A stretch of 64,000 nt of DNA from Elsinoe ampelina (taxonomy: Eukaryota), in assembly GCA_010093995.1 (NCBI GenBank), contig ML992502.1, forward strand, positions 799,001-863,000, in the 5' to 3' direction. Every line of letters starts with the position of its first letter. Position 1 is the stretch's first letter. Shown one piece after another: positions 10,454-22,240 of the stretch. The notes beneath the pieces were generated by a model. The model ran no database searches and was not told the origin of the DNA. It saw only the letters and a program-made list of their open reading frames with translations. A program made the translations under genes and the position numbers.

Positions 10454-11522
10454 ATGGCTTCATCGCCAGTGACAGGGAACCTGAGCTTCTTGAAGAGAGC
10501 CAGCTTCTGGGATGAACAAAAGCCTTATCGTTTGCGATATACTCCAGAGAATGGCTTTCCTGTGACCAATTTCACCTACGAGAGTCAGGATGTCAGCATA
10601 CACAGTCTCCGCGACGAAGAGGACAAGATGTCGCTTGATGATAGCGGCTTCGAGGTCCAAAAACTTGTTTCGGAAGTGCCTTACGCTGACTTCGACGATT
10701 ATGACAAGGTCCGAAGTGTCTATGTCCAGGAAGTGGTCGATTTTGTGACTAGGCTACGCGGCGCTCGACAGGTGCATGCGCTTGATCATGAGGCGAGTGC
10801 CTATCCATATTTCATGTTACGTCTCTGATGAGATCACACAGCTGCGTAGAAGACATGCAGAATTTCCACTCTCCTCGGGGACCACATTGAAATATGAACA
10901 GCCGTCGAACTTGGCGCACATAGGTCAGCAGAGCGGCGGAAGGAACTCGGTTTCAATGATACTCACTTGAAGTAGATCTGACCTTGGAGGGTGCCCGAGG
11001 TATCATCCGGGAATTGTACGGAGATCAAGCTGCTGCAATTTTGGCCGGACGGTTCGAAGTTGTCACGTGAGGCTCGCAATCGTCGTGGGGGAATGGTAGA
11101 CTAATGACTCAGGGTGTGGAAGCCGCTGCGTACAGTAACAGACTGGCCGCTGACGATGTGCGATGCTCGGACTGTCGATCATGACAAGGATGTCATTGCT
11201 GCAGACGCGGTGTACGAGCAGTACGTGGCGGAGAATGCGATTGTGCACTTCTCCCCCAACTTTCGGTGGTATTTCCTACCGCACCAGACGGAGGACGAGA
11301 TCCTTCTGTTTAAATGTGCTGATTCCCGGACACCAGAGATCAAAGGTTAGAAGACCGAAGTCCTATTCATACGAAGGGTTGACGTTGTCCTCAGGCTGTC
11401 CTCATACGGCGTTTGATTGGAAGCATGATGGTGAGAGGTATCCTAGGGAGTCTATCGATCTCAGACTGCTGGTCATGTTCGCTGATGTCGACTATCCGAC
11501 TGTTGGTCCTTGGGCGCTATAG
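10454..11522 (+). CDS. AsaB/CmcJ/GA4-desaturase-like hydroxylase (HxD...H oxygenase family)
   Basis: Five exons (introns 10793-10841 GC-AG, 10924-10975, 11067-11112, 11346-11394) give EQKPY...SLDDSGF...AHID...VWKPL...DWPLTMCDART...WYFL.HQ..DE.LLFK..DS...CPHTAF...RESIDLR, the motif series of this family. Confidence 0.85.
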
Positions 11523-12699
11523 CCGAGATGCGCATGCCAACGCAAGAGACATGTCACGTCGGCCAGAATCTGGATTCGGGGCATGGCGCCCATTGGTAGG
11601 CGCCGTGATAATAACGGGAAAAAGCTGTGATTGATGATTATAAAGTATGTTTTACAAAGGTATGTGAGACAGAAGAATGGGAAGTTGACTTTTTTCCAGA
11701 CCACATGTGCCCGCAATCTTGAACCATAAGAGAGCAGTATCACCAGCGCCATGCATGTTTCCCGAAGAAGTCGATATAGTATATTGCAGGTCGAAGAGAA
11801 GGATGAAGCAAGAAGGTTGGCAAGAGGTTGCTGGTAGTATGTCAGTGCGAAGCCAAGTTGAGATTGAGTGGTAGTGCATGTACGTACCTCGGATCAGATC
11901 CAACTTTCGCACCGTCAGACGACGAAGTGGGTCCGCTATGCGCTTTTGGTCTCATCCTTTGTGGCGCTTTGCTCTGCAGTGATATGCGCGTCGTTGTTTG
12001 TATGTTTACGCATGCTAGGCTTACTGACGGAATCACCGGCTGCTCGAAGTATCTCTCCCTTGGGCGTGATGGTCCCGGCCAGATCGCCGGGCTTGGCGGG
12101 CCAATGATCGCGCCATGGCTGTCGCTTTTGTTGTCCGTCCAGTGGCATCAGAGGGGACCTCCCAAGTCAGTTGTCTGGTAGGACGTGGTGACTTTGATGG
12201 AAGAGAAGAAGTACTATTTGCGATTTGAGCTACAGCTGCGAGAATTTTAGGTTATCATCCGATGGAAGATCCCGGCAGATCATCAACCAGGGCATAATAA
12301 ACAACCCCTGTCTGATGAAAATCATGAAATTGACCCCCTTAGGCACTAGGACACAAGAGCAAATTTTAATCGTGTCAGACGATCCAGGGGCCGTCTCCTT
12401 CGATCTTGGTGTTTTGGTGGAGCTGGTCTTTTTTGGCGTAATTAGCGTAAAAGGTGTAAAATTGGCGGCGGCCGAGGCCGAGATACAGGGCTAAGACACT
12501 TTCACAGCTTAGGAAGGCGGTGAGAAGTCGCGCGAGTGTCGCGTTTAGTGTCGACTTGGCCGTAAGAGACATAAGGCTATAGTACTCTATACTAACAAGA
12601 TTAGCACACTAAATTAAGTGGTTATAGATAACTAATCGCATGTGCTCCTTATAAGTCTCCTCTCTAGTACTTTGCTTGCGTAGTTAAATAACATATATA

Positions 12700-13830
12700 A
12701 GCCTCTAGGGATTACTAGTGACTATTAGCTTAATACTTAAGGCTTTAGCCTTAACTAGATTAACTAGAGTATTAAGGTTAATAAGGACTATAAGCGATAC
12801 ATGTAGTGTATAGTAGTCTCCTTCTACTATCTCTATAAGCGCTTAATAATAACAACTCTAGCGCTTAATAATAGCTATAAGTTGCTTACTTACTATAAGC
12901 TCTTTATTACTCTCTATATCCTTGCTACTAGCGCTAGCTATTAGCATGTTACTACTAAGGTTAGTATAGTTATCTAAATAGTTAGCTAATTCTTCTATTA
13001 AGCCTTATAAAGTCTCTTTACTTTATATAATAAATATATAGTGCTAATTATAACAGTCTAAGTGCTACTAGATATCTAGATAAATTACAAGTTTTAGCTT
13101 TACTTTAAAGGCTATATTAGCGCTCTTAATAGCACTTATATCTACACTTATGTTCTTAGCGAGTAATTAGCTTAGAGGGATCAAAAAGGTAGCCTGTTAT
13201 AGAACATATTAGTAGTTATAAACTATAAGATAAAGTTTACCTATCTATTACTAGGATAGAAGAGGTCTATATATAATACTTAAGTACTTACTAATACTTA
13301 TACTAAGGGCTTCTCTACTCTAGAAGGCGCTTATTATCTCGCGGATGCTAGATATAGTAATTGAATTAATATCTTAGTGCCCTATCGAGGTGTAAGGTAC
13401 TACCTCTAAGAATATAAGGCTACTAACTAACAGCCTTAAAGTCTAAAGGAGCTCTTTAATTTACGCTACTTATAACTCTATAATATTGTTAAAAGAAGCT
13501 TTAGATTACTTAAGAGATAGTAGCGGATATTAGATAAGCAATTTAAGTTCCCTTTAATACTTACGTAGGTGTAAATAGTATACTGTCTAGCTATACTTTA
13601 TAACCTTTTACTAAGTATCTAGATAGCTATCTATCTCGAGGAGAAGAAAGAGAAAGAGAAGAAGAAGAAGAAGAAGAAGAAGAAGAAGAAGGTCTCTAAG
13701 CCTATTAGCTATCTAATAGGTAAAGGGGAGCAAAATGTAGGGGATATATATATAGTTAAATATCGTAATAAGATAGCTAAGAATATATAGCGTAATTACT
13801 AGCTTAAGCTATAGCGGCGCTAAGGTCGAT
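12700..13830 (+). pseudogene. Harbinger (DDE_Tnp_4/HARBI1-like) transposase, RIP-inactivated
   Basis: De-RIPed reading gives FKGCIGALDGTHI (~13105-13145), YYLADAGY, VPYRGVRYHL, KELFNLRH, ERSFGLLKRRWRIL. Ends approximate. Confidence 0.88.
13658..13690 (+). repeat. (GAA)n microsatellite in the transposase C-terminal tail
   Basis: About 11 perfect GAA units. Confidence 0.9.
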
Positions 13831-13989
13831 AGAAGGGAGTAGTAAACGATATAGTATAATTAGATAATAGTTTCTAGTTATTTAATAGTCGTTTAGTAGC
13901 TTCTATATTTAAATTAGATATATAATAAAGAGTGTAAAGAATTAAAGAGGTTATAAAAAACACCTTACTACCTATCCTAAAAGAGATAT

Positions 13990-15016
13990 CCTAAAAGAGT
14001 AATAGTTATATAAGAAATTAACTTTAAGCTATAAAGGCTCTTTCTTCTCCTTTTCTAATTATACCTCTTTATTCTTCTCGTCTTTAATAAGCATTATAAG
14101 TAGTAAGCTAGTCTATCTACTTATAAGCTTATATCTTATACCTTTATCTAACTTAAGCTAGTACTCCGCTGTCTCTTTTAAGGCTAGTAAAGCCTTTACC
14201 TTTATTACTAATATAAGATAAGTAAACTCCTTAGTAAACTTAGTAGTTACTCGAGTAACTACTAAAGGCCTTTTAGCGATCTTATTTAACTTCTTTATTA
14301 TATTAAGGACAGCTTATATTATCTAGTTTACCTTATCTATCTTTTGTCTCTTATTTAGAATAGTTAAGCTTACTAGTATACCTATATATAAGAAGGTAAT
14401 AGAGGCTACTAGCGTAAAGAGTAGCTATATAAGGTAAGGGCTTAGAGATTAACTAAATTTTATAGGCCTATCTAACTCCTCTACTATCTATAGTACCTCT
14501 CTCTCTTTTTTCTTCTCCTCTATACTAACCTTAAGCATATTAGAAGAAGTAAGAGTATACTTGCTAGAGGCTATAACGTTACTCTAAAGCTCGTTACTAA
14601 GATTAAGCTACTTAAACTTATAGTATTTAAATTTTTAAGCGCCGGCGTAAGAGGCAAAATACTTCTCTATTATATAAGGCTTAGTACGTAGTATACTATT
14701 ACTGTCTATTATCTAACTAGACTAGTAGTAAAGCGTCTTATAATTCGACTAATTCCCCTTTAAAGCCCTATACTTATTATAAACCTTCTCTTCTATTATA
14801 TCGCTAGGTTCTATATGCCTTATTACTACTATAACAATTAGTATAGCCTACTAGAAGGTAATAGCCTTAAAGCTAGATTAAGCTTGTTTACTAGTAGCCT
14901 TCTCCCTTACTAAGAAACTAAGGAATATAGATACTATATTATTAGTCTAGCTACTATTAAATCGCTACGGCACTAGAGTTAATAATGCTATAGAGGTTAC
15001 TTAGAAGGCTAGCTAG
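13990..15016 (-). pseudogene. Harbinger Myb/SANT-like DNA-binding protein relic (5' end displaced to ~45284-45315 by the Gypsy insertion)
   Basis: De-RIPed WTDDMVSIFLGFLVREKAAGKQAQSGFKAVTFQ and later QSGW; convergent with the transposase as expected for Harbinger. Confidence 0.75.
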
Positions 15017-15203
15017 TGTTAAAGCTTTATATTAAAGCTATGTATATCGTAATATAGAGAACGCCTATCTAACTAAATAGTTCGTTAGTAGTAGAACTAA
15101 TTACTGTTAAGTCTAAAGTATAAGCGCTACATAAGATAAGTAGGTATATTACGTAAGCGGGACTAGCCGCTACTAAGTGCCGCCCTAATACTAGGCCCTT
15201 ATA
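15017..15203 (-). repeat. 3' LTR of the Gypsy element
   Basis: Direct repeat of 45092-45278; TG...CA termini (partly RIPed); adjacent PPT at ~15207-15218. Confidence 0.92.
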
Positions 15204-15641
15204 ATTGCCTCCTCCTCTAGGAGAGCTATTCTTAGCTCTTAACTAGAAGTGTATAACGTATAGTGTTATTCGGAGGTAATATAGGTATAAGGTAGTTAAG
15301 GCATTTTTATAAAGGCCTCGTATATATCTTATATAATGTCTAGTAGTAGTAGTCCTAGGGATCTAGTTTCTATAGAGGCGTTTATCTAGTTACTATAGTA
15401 CTAAAGCTAATTAGTAGCAACAATATTACTTTTCTTAGAATTTCTAGCGGTATTATAGGAGACACGCGCCTTGCGCTAGTAGCTATAACAAAGATATAGT
15501 GCACTAGAGGTTAGTTTATATAATTTTGTTATTTCTCCTTACGTTCTTCTTTTCTACCTAAAACATATCTATATTTTGTTAACCTTTTACTATATAAGTA
15601 TACTACCTACAACTATTATATTATTTAACTCTAGCCCCCCT

Positions 15642-16480
15642 ATAGCTAACACTTATAGCGTAAGGTTAGCTAGTGCCTAGGGAGCTATTACTGCTAGCGC
15701 TAACTCTATAACCCCCTTACTTTCTAAAGAGAAGGCTAATACCTATACTAGGTGCGCTAATAGCGTTACTAAGGGTAAGCTAATAGAGCTCTTATAAGGG
15801 ACATAACTAATTTATAGTAGGTTATATCTATACTAGAGACAACTTTAGTGTCTTCTTCTATTGTAAGTGTAAACACTATACCTATAGTAAGTATATATAC
15901 GAGCTGCTTCTATCTATCCTACGTAATACATACGTTAACGCTTTTAATATAGTTACTAAGCTTAAGGCCCCTAACTAGGCCGGCATTACTACGGCCGAGA
16001 AGTATATACGCGCTATAGCCTATAAGAACGTCCCTAAGGTTAAGAAGTTTAAGACTATACTTAAGGTATACTATACTAATAAGAATAAGGTCGTTAGTAA
16101 GGTCTCGACTCCTTATATAGAGCCTATAGGCGACTTACTTAGTAGTGTCACGCTTAAGCGTAAGAAGGTTAAGGAGCTATAGAAGATTAGGCGTAGCCTT
16201 TATAGCTTAATTACTATCGGTAAGGAGGTAAGTTAGACTATGCTCCTTATGTATTATAAACACGGCTAATAGGTTTAGATAGTGTATAACTCCGGTAGTT
16301 CTACTGCTAAAATTAACTATATTATAGCCGGTAGGTAGCTTATAGCCCCTATAGCACTCGTAGAGGAGAATCTTAGTATAGAGGTAAACGAAGAGAATAA
16401 TAAGGACAAGTAGGCATATATAAGCTAGGTGCGTATCCCTAGCACTATACCTATAATAAGGCCTTACGTAGAGTATAATA
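15642..16480 (+). pseudogene. RIPed small gene with Zn(II)2Cys6-like cysteine spacing
   Basis: De-RIPed C-x2-C-x9-C-x12-C-x2-C-x6-C across an intron (gtaagc at ~15775), followed by a helical charged region and a second intron (~16228-16271). Confidence 0.5.
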
Positions 16481-16860
16481 GAGTATAGAGTTTAGGTTAA
16501 TACCTATAATAGTAGCGTAAGCGTAGCGCTTTATTAAAATGTATTTCCCTAGATAAGGAGTCTACCCTTTACCCTATTTATGTATTTATATAATCTGTCT
16601 ACTTATATACTCTATAATCTACGCCTTTAGCAACCTTTCTTAGCTACTCTTAGCTACGACTTATATATAGTAATTAGCTCTCTTATATTTATATAATTCT
16701 CTTTAGGTTCCTAGCTATTAAACTCGATAGGCTAGTCCTTCTACTTTACTAAGTAGAATACCTTACCCTTCGTTACGAAAGTCCTAAGCGTAGGGAGTTA
16801 GAATATTAGGTTTCTCTATATTAAACTAAGTTTAACTACGTTAGGTCGCTACAAACGTAC

Positions 16861-16920
16861 TATACCTACCTAAATTTAGTTAAATATACTATACCTACCT
16901 AATTTTAGTTAAATATACTA
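16861..16920. repeat. Tandem duplication of a ~29-bp unit
   Basis: tacctacctaa(a/t)tttagttaaatatacta present twice. Confidence 0.8.
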
Positions 16921-16949
16921 TATATGCCTTAGATTAGACAAACGCTCTA

Positions 16950-17960
16950 CTTGCCGCGACTAGAATAGATATAGAAATCAATAAGCATCTTTCGGAGAGG
17001 GCTCTCTAAGCTAGTATTATTATAGATCTTATTCGCTAGATAGAGAGGAAGTATATACTCTATATTATCGAAGCTTAGTATAGAAGTACTTTTGCTATAA
17101 TAAGAAAGTAGATATTATACGCCTTGTTCTCTAGCTTATAACATAAAACTCTAAACTAATATATACTTATTCTAACTCTATTTTATCGTCTCTACTTAGT
17201 TGTCTATTAAGGTGTTAGATGTCTCTAAAGATAAGNNNNNNNNNNNNNNNNNNNNNNNNNNNNNNNNNNNNNNNNNNNNNNNNNNNNNNNNNNNNNNNNN
17301 NNNNNNNNNNNNNNNNNNNNNNNNNNNNNNNNNNNNNNNNNNNNNNNNNNNNNNNNNNNNNNNNNNNNNNNNNNNNNNNNNNNNNNNNNNNNNNNNNNNN
17401 NNNNNNNNNNNNNNNNNNNNNNNNNNNNNNNNNNNNNNNNNNNNNNNNNNNNNNNNNNNNNNNNNNNNNNNNNNNNNNNNNNNNNNNNNNNNNNNNNNNN
17501 NNNNNNNNNNNNNNNNNNNNNNNNNNNNNNNNNNNNNNNNNNNNNNNNNNNNNNNNNNNNNNNNNNNNNNNNNNNNNNNNNNNNNNNNNNNNNNNNNNNN
17601 NNNNNNNNNNNNNNNNNNNNNNNNNNNNNNNNNNNNNNNNNNNNNNNNNNNNNNNNNNNNNNNNNNNNNNNNNNNNNNNNNNNNNNNNNNNNNNNNNNNN
17701 NNNNNTAGTAGAGAAGTAAATACTCTTTCTAGGAAGTTTAAGATCTACCCTAACTACCTATCTATAAGGTTATTAGTAAGGAGGTAATTAGTAATAATAA
17801 AAGGCTTCTTTCGCTTCTTACTCTTCTCCTCTACCTTGCCGAGCTTAATACTAGTATAGCTATAGACACTAGCGAAGGTAGAGGTAGTACGCTTCTTGCC
17901 TTACTAGCTCTTAGTACTAGTTATAGTAGTTGTTAGAGAGGTAATAGAGGCAGTGTCTAG
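16950..17960 (-). pseudogene. BTB/POZ-domain gene relic spanning the assembly gap
   Basis: N-terminal part reads PF.V..LL...ISNFLERVFTS; C-terminal part reads ANKIYDNTGLESPLRKMLVDFYVY, resembling the IY..T...SPLR..LVD helix typical of fungal BTB proteins. Confidence 0.55.
17236..17705. other. Assembly gap (470 N)
   Basis: Run of N. Confidence 1.
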
Positions 17961-19329
17961 GTTAAGATCGTAGCACTTTATTGCTATATATTAAAGATAA
18001 AGTTACTCTAACGCGTACTAAGCTTCCGGTAATAACCTATAGTCGTAGCTATATATAAGTAACAGTAGTTATAGAGAGAGTAGTAGTAGTAGCTTCGGTT
18101 ATAGTATACCTTACTATAGTAGAGAGCAAGGAGAAAGGTATAGGGGAGAAAGAGAGTATTCCTCTCTTAGAGGTAAGTATAATAACACTTTTTTCTACTA
18201 TATTCTACTACTCTACTATTACTACTACTAAGTAGTAGTTGTAGTAATAGCGCATATAGGATAATCTAGTATATAATCTTATAGACAGGATTTGTTATAT
18301 ATATATTATACACTAATAATCTTATAAGGAAATACTTACGACCTACGTAGATATAGAGGAGGCTTTAGAGGACAAGGAAGAGGCTACTTGCTATACTAAA
18401 GAGTAGCTTCTTCCTTAACTTATTTCCCGTGTATAGTATATATATAGAGATTAACAAGAATGTTCCCTAGCGGGTCTTCTAAGCTAGTGTTATTATAGAT
18501 CTTGTCCGTTAGATAGAAAGGAATAAGTCCTTAGTAACTACTCTAGTAGTATCGAGTAGATCCCTACGATATAATAGCGAATAGAGCAAAGCACTATTAT
18601 CTATATCGGAGTCTTATTAGTAAACTTATTATAGAGAATAAACTTTCCTCTTAGACTACTAACTCCGTTAGTAAAACTAACCTAAAGATAACTTACTAAC
18701 CTAAGCCTTTTACTACTGTTACTAAATACTTAGGGTATGTCTTAAGTATCTTAAAGACTAACTTCTATAACGCCTCACTATAATTTTCTAAGCTATTATA
18801 ATTAGTAAAGGAATAGACTAACTCTTTAGCGTAAAAACTATATAAGGCACCTTAGGCTACGAACTCTATATAGTTTAGGGACTAACCTAATAATATATAG
18901 GTGTAAACTAACTAGTTAGAGTAATACCTACAGAAGTTATTATAACTTACCTACCTAACATAGTCTAGTAGTTAACCTAAGTGTACCTAAGTATTAGGCT
19001 ATTAACGTAAGAGACAATTATTCTAGCTATAAAAGGAGTACTCTAGCTTCGTTAATGCCTACTACACTTGCTAACTACGCCTAGGGATCTTAACCTCTCT
19101 CGTTTTAAAGCCTTAGCTAGGTAGAGCTATTTAAACTCCTATAACTTATTCTATAGCATGTTATATATATCAAAGTCGGCTATATTGTTAATGTATATCC
19201 GGCTATATAGCTTTGTTTTATCTACTAGCACGACGTAGATACTATAGTAGATTTATAAGGTAGAGTAGATACGCCTACTAGTAAGAGCGTTCCGTCTAGC
19301 TCGCGCGCGTCGATTTGTCTAAGGCTTAA

Positions 19330-22190
19330 TTAGTGTTATACTATGCTCTCGATTAGCTACTCTATCTAGCTAAGTAGGCTAATATAGATCTACTAGCGCT
19401 CCTATATAGCATAGGCGTTAATGCCGGCCCGATCTACTAGACTAGAAGCTATTCTCTATAGTTATTATAAATATAATATAAGCTAGTAACTTACCTTATA
19501 GGCTATTAGGTAATACTCCGTTAGTGCCTTTGTTATTCGTTGTCTATTCTTACACCTAGAGCTAGTCTTGCCTCTTATTACTATATATCCTTTGCTATTT
19601 AGTTATATACCGGATAAAGTCTTATTTGTCTATATTAGGATTATTAGGATTATAGTTAGATAGTTTCCTACACTTTAAAGAATAGTAGAACTTAACGCGG
19701 AGGTCGCTTACCTAGGAAGAATCTAGTTTAAGTCTGTCGGGATCTAGTTTAGCGTTAAACTAATTAGAGTATTTAGTTCTTAAGTTAGAGCCTATATTAG
19801 CTATACCTTAATAAGCCTCGCGGATAAACACCGCTATTACTTACTATAGCGATAGCCTAGGTAGCATATTAATAAGCGCCTCTAGTTCTCTTACTATACG
19901 CTATATAGCTCCTCTCTTAGCGCTAGGCTAGCCGAACTAAGAAGTAACGTTTACTATATCGCTTACGCTAACTAGCGTACTCTAGATCTTAATTAGTTTA
20001 GTAGCTAATAGCCTAACTAACTTCGAGGGGTTATTAAATACTACTAACATGTTTACTAGTTTAGTGTTATAAGTAGTAACCTAGTCTTTCTATCTAGCCT
20101 TTTTATTTGTAAGTTTAAAGGCGTCCTTAATAAAGTATATATAATTGTACTTTAAATAATTAGAATCGAGGCTAGTAACTACTTTAAAATTATAAATAGC
20201 CTTTAAAAAATGTATTATTAAGTGCTATTTTAGAAAGTTAAAGTCGCTCTCTTCTTTTCTATCGCTATAATAGGCCTAGAAGGTTTCTTTATACTTGTTT
20301 ATCCTAAAGAGCGCAAGGTTAATATACTAGAGTATGTCGTTGTTATAGGTCTTATAGTTTACTAGTAATATAAAGTCGACTAGTACGTATATAAACTTAA
20401 TAGCTTAAGGCGCCTTAACCTCCTTAAGTAGTAGTATAAATACTAGAAGCATCTAGCGTATAATACTCTTCTACTCTTAACCTGTCTATTACTTAATAGC
20501 CGAGTAGTGCGAGAAGTGTTAGATGCTAGGAAACACTAGTATACTATCGAAACGCTTGTTAATAATATTAAGTATAATCTTCTTTGCTAAGCGCTAGTAG
20601 CCTATTCGCTATATAGTCTCTTTAGCCTTTATATACCGTAGTAATCTCTATATAGGCATTAAATCCTAGAGCAATTTTTAAGTCTAGTGTAAGACATGTA
20701 TTAAAACGCCTTTAAGAAGTTAGTGTAGAATATCTAGTACTATTACGTAGTAAATATTAGTATATAAAAGATCCTACGCGAAGTAACTAACTATATAAAC
20801 CTAAGAGCTTATATCTATCTTCTTACTCTACTACTAACTCTTATATACTTCTCTCTATAAGCGCTATTATCGCTATATAGAGTAGTAAGTTTAGAATAGC
20901 GTAGTAACTACTAGGTCCTCCTTTTCCTCCTTGCCGATTAGGTAACTTATATAATAATATAGTAACTTTATACCGGTTATAGTAACCTATTCGGCGTAAT
21001 TCGTAGATATAGCGGCAAGTATAGGGAAGTACCTCCGCCTCTTTCTATCTATATAGAAGATTATTTTACTCTCTCTCGAGTAGTAATTAATAATAGTGTT
21101 AAAGATTTTCTTTATATAAGCGTAGTAGGTCTTCTCCTTAACGATATTACTACTATCTTTAATAATAGGAAGTAAGCTAATTAGTAACTACCTCGGCTAG
21201 TAGTTGCTATTATATGCTTCTACCTTTAGGTTGCCTAATAATAGATAGATAGCGTATGCTATAAGATCTCCTTAATAGTTTATTACCTAGGTCTAATTAC
21301 TTACGACGATTAATGGGATAATAGTAGCCCCTAGTATTTTAAGTCGCTTTTGTGTATTCTACTACTAGTTACTACTTGCTATTTCGGTATATACTTGTCG
21401 TAGTAGCTTACCCTCGACAGCTTCTATAAAGACTCTATATAGGCTATAGTCTATGTCTACTACAAAACTGTAATAGCTAAGCAAGAAGCGTATCGCTATA
21501 AGAATATCTAGATGCTAGAACATGTGTCTTTTAGGCCTACAATTAGTGTTTAGTATAAAGCTTAAGGTCTGCTAGCTATTAATGCCCTTGCTCGCATCTA
21601 AATTCTCTATCTTCTCTATTAGTTTATTTATAGTTCGCTAACTAAGGCTCTCTACTAGAGGTTATATACGTAGGTCTTTAAGCAATTACGTAATTATAGC
21701 TCTACTAAGTTTCTCCTTTATAAGCCACTAGGCAAGACCTACATCTATGCCGCTAATAAAGGCTTACTTTAGTTAAGTCTTGCCTAACTAATTATAATTT
21801 AGTTTATCGTTAGTGTTAGTATATATGTTATAGACTTAGAGAGATCTAGACAAGATTAGTCGACGTAAACTAAGAATAAACTATGTCTATAACTAACTCT
21901 TCGCTACTAGCTAGTATACTAGTAGCTATCTCGAACGTAGTACAATTAGATATAGCTCTACTAGATAAGGACAACCTCCTAGTACTCTACCCTATAGACA
22001 TACTACTAGTTGTACTTGCCGTAATTACTTACTCTTCCTTGTATGTGCTTTCTATTATAACCTTATCTATACTCTCCTCTTCCTCGTACATGTCGCTATT
22101 AAGCCTACTATTACTATTACTATCCGTTCTACGTGCTAGAGGTTAAGAGTTAAGGTTAGTAAAGAGACTAAGAGGATTATCTACTATGCT
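19330..22190 (-). pseudogene. Plavaka-family transposase relic
   Basis: De-RIPed AFISGIDVGLAQWL, DGKRRRCFPILAAMSADYAEQVTITG (~21050-20975), DILHQLLKGV (~20735-20705), FNFPKWHLM.HF. These match the DG..R..FP.LA...ADY.EQ, D.LHQL.KG and K.H...H motifs I recall for Plavaka. Confidence 0.8.
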
Positions 22191-22240
22191 ATACTATATA
22201 GTAGGTAAAGAGGGAAGGACACCCTCTACTAGCTATAGAC
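21826..22240. repeat. ~410-bp dispersed repeat (second copy 29080-29495): 5' part of the Plavaka ORF
   Basis: Near-identical sequence differing mainly by transitions. Confidence 0.95.

Noticed and set aside
17200..17787. ORFs of 195 and 166 aa
   Set aside because: Artefacts of the N gap.
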